From positions 1-29,874 of IMG/VR virus record IMGVR_UViG_3300030433_001509: a stretch of 29,874 nucleotides of DNA. One strand, given 5' to 3'. Positions 1 to 5,850 of the stretch are shown here, in pieces. Below the pieces are notes generated by a model, which made no database searches, had not been told where the DNA came from, and was given only the letters and a program-made list of their open reading frames with translations. Within the stretch, counting starts at the first letter, position 1. Every line of letters starts with the position of its first letter. Source of the DNA: a virus. Lineage: Duplodnaviria; Caudoviricetes. The position numbers and the translations under genes were made by a program.

Positions 1-125
1 AAGGCAGTGACCATGTAGGTGATGTTTTCAGACATGGTGAGCTTGAGCAGGTTACGAGCGTCAAGCTGATCTTGATGCTTTTGAAAGGACTCGAACAGTC
101 CGAGCATGTAGTTGTGATTGTCCAT
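1..125 (-). CDS. Small hypothetical phage protein, runs off the left window edge (MDNHNYMLGLFESFQKHQDQLDARNLLKLTMSENITYMVTA...)
   Basis: Translated by hand from ATG at 125; open to the edge; preceded by the same GAGA-hairpin/ACCTC leader as neighbouring genes. Confidence 0.7.
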   Translation of the reverse strand, partial: MDNHNYMLGLFESFQKHQDQLDARNLLKLTMSENITYMVTA

Positions 126-168
126 TGTGTTGAGGTGAGAAAGGCCCTGTCTCCAGGGCTGTATGTGA

Positions 169-399
169 TCAGTTGCCGTGAGTCAAGCAGCCGGTTTGTG
201 TGGCCCGCCCGTAGTCAGGGTGGTTTTTAATGTCGATGCCGCAATCAGCCATGTGCTGTTCAAGGGCCTTGATAAAAAGGCTCTTTCGGCTGCTTTTAGG
301 AAGCTTAATGCTGTTCTCCAAGCACCAGGCGTGCAGTTGCTTGTTTGTGCGGGCGGTGAGCCAGTAGAGGTTGAAGCGGTTGCTGTTTTGGAAGGTCAT
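169..399 (-). CDS. Hypothetical early protein, 76 aa (MTFQNSNRFNLYW...)
   Basis: Within ORF 169..495. Start moved to ATG 399 because the promoter (437-465) and leader lie just upstream. Confidence 0.7.
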   Translation of the reverse strand: MTFQNSNRFNLYWLTARTNKQLHAWCLENSIKLPKSSRKSLFIKALEQHMADCGIDIKNHPDYGRATQTGCLTHGN

Positions 400-436
400 T
401 TGTTTGAGGTGTGTGGGGTCTCCCCCTGACTCCTTT

Positions 437-477
437 AATATACACGAATGGCATACCAGTGACAAGGGGGTATGCCA
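437..477 (-). promoter_or_regulatory. Sigma70-like promoter TTGTCA-N17-TATATT with two inverted operator-like boxes (449-458 and 469-477)
   Basis: -35 at 460-465, -10 at 437-442, 17-bp spacer counted by hand. Confidence 0.7.
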
Positions 478-493
478 GTTACTCGGTTGACAC

Positions 494-517
494 AAAAAAA
501 AGGGCCTTGCGGCCCTT
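494..517 (-). terminator. Intrinsic terminator AGGGCC-GCAA-GGCCCT followed by a T run
   Basis: GC stem, GNRA loop and T tract just after the stop at 521. Confidence 0.85.
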
Positions 518-520
518 CGG

Positions 521-673
521 TCAGCCCTCTTCGAGGTAGTGCTCCAGGTCCATCATCGAGTTGATGATGTCCATGGTCCAGGACTCTTCCAACTGTTCCC
601 AGGTGGTGTCGTCCCACTCGCGAGCGGCTTTGAGCATCTCCAGGCATTGATCCTGAAACTCAGTGACGGTCAT
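521..673 (-). CDS. Small very acidic protein, 50 aa (MTVTEFQDQC...LEEG)
   Basis: Within ORF 521..721; start placed at ATG 673, downstream of the leader; 14 D/E versus 2 K/R. Confidence 0.7.
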   Translation of the reverse strand: MTVTEFQDQCLEMLKAAREWDDTTWEQLEESWTMDIINSMMDLEHYLEEG

Positions 674-711
674 GATCGATTGTCGAGGTGCGTGGGATCT
701 CTCCCGAAACA

Positions 712-746
712 ATCCTGGCATACCAGGGGTTGACTGGCAACCCCTG
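712..746 (-). promoter_or_regulatory. Sigma70-like promoter TTGCCA-N17-CAGGAT with TGGTATGCCA box (716-725); inverted repeat 724-746 covers the -35
   Basis: -35 at 735-740, -10 at 712-717. Confidence 0.65.
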
Positions 747-754
747 AAACGGGA

Positions 755-1003
755 TCAGGCTCCTGCAGGACCAAGCCGATAACCAGGTGACTTGATCATG
801 AATTCATCAGCCCATTCCAAGTCAACGACTTGAACAGGAGCAGCAGTGAAGAACTGCACTGCTGCAACAGTCACGGCAACGACATCGCGATCCACGACTT
901 CGTAAATCGGATTGCGCCAATCAGAAGGATCAGCGACTTTGGCGAAAGCAGCATCCAGCTGAGCTTCGGTGAACGCAGTGCCAGTGGAAGAAAGAATCTT
1001 CAT
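755..1003 (-). CDS. Hypothetical early protein, 82 aa (MKILSSTGTAF...DWRNPI...SPGYRLGPAGA)
   Basis: Within ORF 755..1054; start placed at ATG 1003, after promoter and leader. Confidence 0.75.
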   Translation of the reverse strand: MKILSSTGTAFTEAQLDAAFAKVADPSDWRNPIYEVVDRDVVAVTVAAVQFFTAAPVQVVDLEWADEFMIKSPGYRLGPAGA

Positions 1004-1054
1004 TTTCAAAACCGCTCTATGAGCGGGAGGTGTGCCGTCTCCGGCTGTGATCAA

Positions 1055-1083
1055 AGTATGGCATACCAGCGGCCATAACGCAA
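1055..1083 (-). promoter_or_regulatory. Sigma70-like promoter TTGCGT-N17-CATACT with TGGTATGCCA box (1059-1068)
   Basis: -35 at 1078-1083, -10 at 1055-1060. Confidence 0.7.
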
Positions 1084-1084
1084 G

Positions 1085-1109
1085 AAAAAAAGGAGGGCCT
1101 CAGCCCTCC
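1085..1109 (-). terminator. Intrinsic terminator GGAGGGC-TGAG-GCCCTCC-T7, overlapping the stop codon at 1100-1102
   Basis: 7-bp GC stem plus T tract. Confidence 0.85.
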
Positions 1110-1234
1110 AGGTCATCGATCAGGTCACAGAGGTGATCGAACACCGGATAAAGATCCAGCTCGTCCTCCGTCATCAGCGCCTCAAGCTCATCGCGGATGC
1201 GATTGAACTCCTTGAGGCGTTCAGCGTCAGTCAT
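1100..1234 (-). CDS. Small very acidic protein, 44 aa (MTDAERLKEFNRIRDELEALMTEDELDLYPVFDHLCDLIDDLEG)
   Basis: Below the ORF-track cutoff; translated by hand; has its own promoter, leader and terminator; 15 D/E versus 4 K/R. Confidence 0.75.
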   Translation of the reverse strand: MTDAERLKEFNRIRDELEALMTEDELDLYPVFDHLCDLIDDLEG

Positions 1235-1273
1235 GAATCAGTTGTCGAGGTACGTGGCGTCTCCGCCTGAACA

Positions 1274-1302
1274 ACTATGGCATACCAGGAATGAAATATC
1301 AA
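1274..1302 (-). promoter_or_regulatory. Sigma70-like promoter TTGATA-N17-CATAGT with TGGTATGCCA box (1278-1287)
   Basis: -35 at 1297-1302, -10 at 1274-1279. Confidence 0.7.
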
Positions 1303-1607
1303 CCCTTCTCAGCGACAGCAGCGATCACCGTGCAGACAACAGGCTCAAGCTGATGACGCGGAATGCAGCTGTACTGCCGTGTGACAGCCGTGATTGCGCG
1401 ATCGATCGCCTCACGCCCGTTTGACAGCACGACAGGCTTGTACTCCTTCACAGGAGCCACAGTATCCATCTCAGCCAACAGAAGCCTCCTGAGCATGTCC
1501 TGGCGGCTCATGCCGCGCTTGATGGCTTCCTCGGTCAGATACTCGCGCTCAGCCTCTGTCAGGCGCACGTCAACGCGTACAGGGAATTGACGGTTGCAAT
1601 CAGGCAT
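1299..1607 (-). CDS. Ribbon-helix-helix (CopG/MobC-like) DNA-binding protein
   Basis: VRVDVRLTEAEREYLTEEAIKRGMSRQDMLRRLLL fits the RHH strand-helix-G-S-helix pattern; start overlaps the ATPase stop. Confidence 0.7.
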   Translation of the reverse strand: MPDCNRQFPVRVDVRLTEAEREYLTEEAIKRGMSRQDMLRRLLLAEMDTVAPVKEYKPVVLSNGREAIDRAITAVTRQYSCIPRHQLEPVVCTVIAAVAEKG

Positions 1608-3223
1608 CAGAAATCAAACAGGTCAGTTGGTTCAGCGGAATCAGCCTTGAACGGGCTGGATTGACAAAGGCGCACATCTAGCTCCCATCGAAGGTTGCCA
1701 ACGGTGATGTTGCTGTTGCCGAGCTTGGCAGCTCTGACGCTATCCGCATTGCTTGCGTCAACGACAACCCACCCGTTGTTCCACGCACCGTTGCGATGCA
1801 GTTCGACAGGAGTGCCAGAGGCAGGGGGTAGAACCCCCTCGGTAGAGGTACCAAGGGTGTTGGGTATAGAAGGGGTAATAGGGGTAATACCCATTTCTTT
1901 ACGCGATAGAGGGGGGGTTTTACCCCTTTCACCCCTAGTACCCCCAATATCCCTGGATCCTTCATGCGGAGCCCAGAGGAACTGCGGACGACCCCCAGCA
2001 ACGAGCGGTTCAAGCTGGCCGTGCTGATAGATCAGGCTCTTTTTCTCCAAGGCGCGAAGAGCACGCAGCACCTTGCTCGCATTGCACTTGGCAATGTCCT
2101 GCAGCTCGTTTGTCGTGACAGGAAACTCGCCAACCGCCCATCGTTCGCACATGTAGTCGAAGATGTCCGCTTGACGGCCCTGCAGATCGTCTGCGGCCTC
2201 CTGCATGGCCTCAGCGGCCAAGACGCTTTCACCATCGCCGTGATGGATCCAACCGTCGTCCTGCAGCTCAATCAGCAACGTCGTGCCTTTTGCACGACCT
2301 TGCGTTTTGAGCACTACGCGATGATCGCTCTGCGTCTGGCCCTCAGCAGGCTGCTTGAACCAGTTCATCAGGATCGTGAGGCTTGCTGCTGCTGGAAGTG
2401 CGTTACTGCCTCTGCTGGCGTTCGTAGCGTTGCCGCCACTCACGCTCTTGTTGGTGTGGTGGATCATCGCCAGCGTGGCTTTGTGAGGCGCTAGAGCCTC
2501 TGCAAGCTGCCTTGCAGGCCCGTCGAAGCTGCTTGCAGCCTCTTCAAGCCCTAGAGGCGCACAGCACGCGTGATAGCTGTCCAAAAGAAACAGCGAGCCA
2601 GGGTTCTCGCTTGCGACAGCCCCCAGGTACTCAATGCCCTCCTTGGTCAGATGCAGAGGCGCTCCTGTGTGCCAGAGCATCTCGATCGGACCGGCCATGT
2701 TGCCGTCTTGATCGACCAAGCCTTCCCGCTCGAACAGTGTGTGCCAGTCGCTCTCAGGCTGGTCAGTCCCAACGATGTAGACCTTTGGGCAAGGGCCATG
2801 CAGTGGCTGCCCTAAATAAGATTCTTCACCGTGAAACCATGCGCTGATCATGCCCACCATCAAGGCTGATTTACCGACCTTTGGTGGTGCAACAAGCAGG
2901 TTGAATGTGCCTGCCATAATCACTCCCTCCCACGCCCATGGCGTCGGGGTTGTATCCATGCGCTGGCCTTTTCGCCGTGGCTCGCATACACCGTTCAGCA
3001 ATCCTTCTGCTTTGGTGAGCAGCACCGCTGCTGTCTTTTCGTTAATCGGGCAACCAACTTCGTCGGCATATAGCCGCAAAAGTTGAGAGCGCCGCAGCGG
3101 ATCTTCCTCGCTAGAGAGGACGATGCTTGCGTGATTGTCGAGTCTGTTGAGTAACTCCTGGTGGTCTTTGAGACTCTCCGGAATCGTCCCTAAGCTGTTT
3201 GATGCGTTTGGTGTAGTGACCAT
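1607..3223 (-). CDS. AAA_25/RepA-like ATPase (probable replication protein/helicase) with C-terminal winged-HTH-like segment
   Basis: Walker A APPKVGKS, Walker B LFLLDS, IHHTNK and SRGSNAL motifs; HTH-like TTNELQDIAKCNASKVLRALRALEKK. Start ATG 3223 preferred; the ORF extends to 3280. Confidence 0.8.
   Translation of the reverse strand: MVTTPNASNSLGTIPESLKDHQELLNRLDNHASIVLSSEEDPLRRSQLLRLYADEVGCPINEKTAAVLLTKAEGLLNGVCEPRRKGQRMDTTPTPWAWEGVIMAGTFNLLVAPPKVGKSALMVGMISAWFHGEESYLGQPLHGPCPKVYIVGTDQPESDWHTLFEREGLVDQDGNMAGPIEMLWHTGAPLHLTKEGIEYLGAVASENPGSLFLLDSYHACCAPLGLEEAASSFDGPARQLAEALAPHKATLAMIHHTNKSVSGGNATNASRGSNALPAAASLTILMNWFKQPAEGQTQSDHRVVLKTQGRAKGTTLLIELQDDGWIHHGDGESVLAAEAMQEAADDLQGRQADIFDYMCERWAVGEFPVTTNELQDIAKCNASKVLRALRALEKKSLIYQHGQLEPLVAGGRPQFLWAPHEGSRDIGGTRGERGKTPPLSRKEMGITPITPSIPNTLGTSTEGVLPPASGTPVELHRNGAWNNGWVVVDASNADSVRAAKLGNSNITVGNLRWELDVRLCQSSPFKADSAEPTDLFDF
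1823..1954. repeat. Iteron-like 9-bp repeats in inverted arrangement (putative replication origin)
   Basis: AGGGGTAAT twice (1871-1888) facing TTTACCCCT, TTCACCCCT, AGTACCCCC, AATATCCCT (1919-1954); inverted repeat AGGGGGTAGAACCCCCT at 1823-1839. Confidence 0.6.
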
Positions 3224-3482
3224 CCTTGGCCTTGTGCGGTGAAAAAAAGTCTTTGTCCGTGTAAACACCAAGCCGCTCAAGTTCGCGGAATGCTGTTAAC
3301 TCATCACTTGATTTGAAGGGGTGTTCTTTGTCCCAAACATCGAGAGCACGATCAGAACGCTCCTTCTGTGTTTTGCTGTAATAACTGACCAAGGCTAGGT
3401 CGTCGTCGTATTCAGCCTGAAGACAATATGGGATCCACTGAAGGAGATCAAAGGATCGCTCTTCAATATCAGGATTAGTCAC
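3111..3482 (-). CDS. Hypothetical protein, 123 aa, overlapping the 5' end of the ATPase gene
   Basis: GTG start overlaps the upstream stop; first ~95 aa look globular. Confidence 0.65.
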   Translation of the reverse strand: MTNPDIEERSFDLLQWIPYCLQAEYDDDLALVSYYSKTQKERSDRALDVWDKEHPFKSSDELTAFRELERLGVYTDKDFFSPHKAKDGHYTKRIKQLRDDSGESQRPPGVTQQTRQSRKHRPL

Positions 3483-3639
3483 GCGCCAAGGGCTCAGGCT
3501 CTGACGCTAGAGCTCTTTGCAGTAGCAGGTTGACCCAACCAGTGCGAGTGACGCCGATTGGTTTTTTGCGGTCAACTTCCGCGAGGACTCTGTAGTCAAC
3601 GCGAACGACGCTAGCGGCGATTGGTTCAGGATGTGGCAC
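3475..3639 (-). CDS. Small RHH/Arc-like protein, 54 aa (MPHPEP...VVRVDYRVLAEVDRKKPIGVTRTGWVNLLLQRAL)
   Basis: Within ORF 3475..3744; GTG 3639 lies just downstream of the leftward promoter; RHH-like pattern. Confidence 0.55.
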   Translation of the reverse strand: MPHPEPIAASVVRVDYRVLAEVDRKKPIGVTRTGWVNLLLQRALASEPEPLARD

Positions 3640-3648
3640 GTTTTGGGC

Positions 3649-3692
3649 TTGATTTGCGAGCAGAGTGTGCCCATAGTGAGCCAGAATTGCAA
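3649..3692. promoter_or_regulatory. Overlapping divergent promoters: (+) TTGATT-N17-CATAGT 3649-3677 and (-) TTGCAA-N17-CACACT 3692-3664
   Basis: Both have 17-bp spacers and lie at the strand switch. Confidence 0.55.
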
Positions 3693-3699
3693 CCCCCTT

Positions 3700-4338
3700 T
3701 TGCTCGACCCGATTCCCGGCCTGCGCTTTTACGAGGACCAGCACCGCTACAGGTGGCGCGACGACTGGGTTCTGAATAATGTTTCAGACGTGTTAAGCGA
3801 TGAATTAACGCCGTTCGCTAAGGCACAGATCGAGAAGTACAAGCACGGACCTGATGGGTGGCTTGTTAGAGGCGAAACGATTCACCGCAGCCTTGAGCGT
3901 TACCTCAAAGGCGATGTCGATATGCACGACGACAAGTGGAGCGACTGGATCGATCCGCTCCTAAGCGATTCGTTGTTTCAAGGCATCGAAACGCTGGCGA
4001 CCGAATACCGCGTCGTTGATCGATACAACAGCGTCGCTGGCAGCTTTGACTTTCTGCTGCGTCACAAGGACGACCCGAGCTTTGTGATCCTGGGCGACCT
4101 CAAGACAGTCAGCAGCAAGAAAGCTGTTTCAGGCCGCAAGCCTGCAACTGCTCAGCTTGGTGCATATGCGAAATTTTTAGGCCAGTGGCAAACCAAAATC
4201 GCGGTGACGCAGTGCGTGACGGTTGTGTCAGGCCCTGAAAAATGCAAGGTCATCACGCAAGACCCGTGCGATTGCATCGACGCATGGGAGGAAGCCTGGG
4301 GTCGATTCCAAGCCAAACAAGCCGCCTACGACTTTTAA
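3700..4338 (+). CDS. PD-(D/E)XK exonuclease-like protein
   Basis: RGETIH, E..V...VAGSFD, ILGDLKT and QLGAY motifs. TTG 3700 chosen as start within ORF 3631..4338. Confidence 0.8.
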   Translation: MLDPIPGLRFYEDQHRYRWRDDWVLNNVSDVLSDELTPFAKAQIEKYKHGPDGWLVRGETIHRSLERYLKGDVDMHDDKWSDWIDPLLSDSLFQGIETLATEYRVVDRYNSVAGSFDFLLRHKDDPSFVILGDLKTVSSKKAVSGRKPATAQLGAYAKFLGQWQTKIAVTQCVTVVSGPEKCKVITQDPCDCIDAWEEAWGRFQAKQAAYDF

Positions 4339-4342
4339 GCCA

Positions 4343-4585
4343 ATGCCTTTCAGTATCGCTGCACCGCCTTGCCCGAAATGTGGAGGGTCAACAAAGGTGG
4401 TCAACAACTTCAACACAGAGAATTCTGAGGAAATCGTGAGAAGGCGCAAGTGCAATGACTGCGGCCATCGTTGGTACACGATTCAAGAACGCGAGCGGCC
4501 CTTGGATTCGTATCGGATTCGCTGGCGTTCTAAAGACGGCAACAAGCGAATGATTTGGCTACGCAGCCCAATAGTTGCGGACTAG
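4343..4585 (+). CDS. NrdR-like zinc-ribbon protein without an ATP cone, 80 aa
   Basis: CPKCGG..TKVV...IVRRRKCNDCGHRWYT matches the NrdR N-terminal pattern; ATG at 4343. Confidence 0.75.
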   Translation: MPFSIAAPPCPKCGGSTKVVNNFNTENSEEIVRRRKCNDCGHRWYTIQERERPLDSYRIRWRSKDGNKRMIWLRSPIVAD

Positions 4586-4662
4586 GACCGGCTCACGCAC
4601 CCGCATCCCTCACTCCTGATCCGCTGCAGGAGACATCTGTGCAATCCTCGAAAGGGTTGTAC
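4575..4662 (+). ncRNA. Candidate structured RNA (two hairpins, possible pseudoknot)
   Basis: CTCCTG/CAGGAG stem (4613-4632) with loop TCCGC complementary to GCGGA (4577-4581); 10-bp stem 4639-4662 including G-U pairs. Confidence 0.35.
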
Positions 4663-4693
4663 TGAGGCACCATAGCGATAAAAACGCAGATCC

Positions 4694-4822
4694 ATGGACT
4701 GGACAGCGATTTTGAGACAAGCCGGAGTCCCTGAGCCACCTGGCTATCACGAAACGATGGCAAGGATCGACGCGATGCCAAAGCGAAAAAAGAAAAAGCC
4801 TAAAAGCAAGAAAAAGAGTTGA
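4694..4822 (+). CDS. Small protein, 42 aa, with Lys-rich tail (MDWTAILRQAGVPEPPGYHETMARIDAMPKRKKKKPKSKKKS)
   Basis: Translated by hand; fills a gap in the + strand operon. Confidence 0.6.
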   Translation: MDWTAILRQAGVPEPPGYHETMARIDAMPKRKKKKPKSKKKS

Positions 4823-4847
4823 CACAGGCATACCACCGTGCCATTGT
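4819..4847 (+). promoter_or_regulatory. Sigma70-like promoter TTGACA-N17-CATTGT with AGGCATACCA box (4826-4835)
   Basis: Perfect -35; box matches the early-cassette box at 9/10 positions. Confidence 0.65.
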
Positions 4848-4878
4848 TCCGTGCATGAGTCGTCTACCTCAACCACTC

Positions 4879-5031
4879 ATGACTGATTCAAAAGTCAACT
4901 TCGTTCTTTGCTCCGTTCTTGCTGTTTTGTTTGGCGCTGCCTTTTGGTATAGCCTGACTTCTACTCTTGACCAGCAACAGCGTCAGCATTGCGAGCAAGG
5001 CTGGCAACGCGCTTGCGACAGTCTCAAGTGA
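4879..5031 (+). CDS. Small single-TM membrane protein, 50 aa (MTDSKVNFVLCSVLAVLFGAAFWYSL...)
   Basis: ATG 4879 follows ACCTCAAC; hydrophobic helix; C-terminal CxxGWxxAC. Confidence 0.65.
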   Translation: MTDSKVNFVLCSVLAVLFGAAFWYSLTSTLDQQQRQHCEQGWQRACDSLK

Positions 5032-5175
5032 ATGTCACGACTGCCGCGCACTGCACGAACCGACGAAATTCTTGATGCAGCTAGAGCTAGAGCTAAGGCT
5101 GCATTGAAAGAAGAAAACCCTAAGCTGACTGCGCTTGAAAAAGGTTTCTATGAAGCCTACAAGCGAAATCGATAA
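5032..5175 (+). CDS. Hypothetical protein, 47 aa (MSRLPRTARTDEILDAARARAKAAL...)
   Basis: Translated by hand; abuts the previous stop. Confidence 0.6.
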   Translation: MSRLPRTARTDEILDAARARAKAALKEENPKLTALEKGFYEAYKRNR

Positions 5176-5222
5176 TGCTGGGCGGCTTGCGCGTAAGTCC
5201 CAGTCACTTTCCCCCTTGTTTC

Positions 5223-5420
5223 ATGAAATCCGTTTCCATCAATCTCGACCAAGATCGTGCTGCAAAGCTGCAGGCAATTTCTGATTCAACCGCTGGTCAT
5301 TCCTCGCAAGTTTTTGTTGCTGGGCAGACCTTCCAAGTTGAGCAACGTAAGATTTCTGCGTCTGCTATTGCCGTTGGCTTGTTGAATGCAGCAATCGACA
5401 CCGCACACGCCCAGCTCTGA
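5223..5420 (+). CDS. Hypothetical 65-aa protein, possibly RHH-like with an insertion (MKSVSINLDQDRAAKLQAIS...)
   Basis: ATG 5223 within ORF 5175..5420; strand-helix start and a second helix SASAIAVGLLNAAI. Confidence 0.6.
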   Translation: MKSVSINLDQDRAAKLQAISDSTAGHSSQVFVAGQTFQVEQRKISASAIAVGLLNAAIDTAHAQL

Positions 5421-5850
5421 TTCGTTTACGTTTACCGTTCTCGGCAAGCCTGCTCCACAAGGCAGCAAGCGTCATGTCGGCAAAGGCGTCATGGTTGAAT
5501 CCTCCAAGAGGTGCAAGCCATGGCGTCAAGACGTAAGACACACCGCCATGGAGTTGCTTCCCGATGGCTGGTATGCCAATATGGGTGGCGCAATCCTGCT
5601 ATCGACCACATTCGTTTTTGCTCGTCCTAAAAACCATTTCAGGACAAACGGAGAACTCAAACCTAATGCGCCAAAACACTGCACTGGTCGCATTGGTGAT
5701 GTCTCAAAACTTGTACGCGCTGTTGAAGATGCCATGACAGGCATTGTTTACAACGACGACGCACAGATCATCAGCCTCATTGCTCATCGACGCTTTGCCA
5801 ATGACAGAGAACAACCCTGCGCCATCATCACCGTCACAGCTGTTTCCTAA
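5386..5850 (+). CDS. rusA: RusA-family Holliday junction resolvase
   Basis: FTVLGKPAPQGSKR and DVSKLVRAVEDAMTGIVYNDDAQI catalytic motif. Confidence 0.88.
   Translation: MQQSTPHTPSSDSFTFTVLGKPAPQGSKRHVGKGVMVESSKRCKPWRQDVRHTAMELLPDGWYANMGGAILLSTTFVFARPKNHFRTNGELKPNAPKHCTGRIGDVSKLVRAVEDAMTGIVYNDDAQIISLIAHRRFANDREQPCAIITVTAVS
5554..5582 (+). promoter_or_regulatory. Intragenic promoter TTGCTT-N17-CAATAT with perfect TGGTATGCCA box (5569-5578)
   Basis: Same box-to-(-10) geometry as the boxes at 716, 1059 and 1278. Confidence 0.5.

Noticed and set aside
1678-3086. Alternative-frame ORFs within the ATPase gene
   Set aside because: Fully nested in a motif-supported gene and lacking recognisable features.
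3700-4338. Cas4 / CRISPR-associated nuclease
   Set aside because: No four-Cys Fe-S arrangement recognised and no cas genes or array nearby; a generic phage PD-(D/E)XK nuclease fits.
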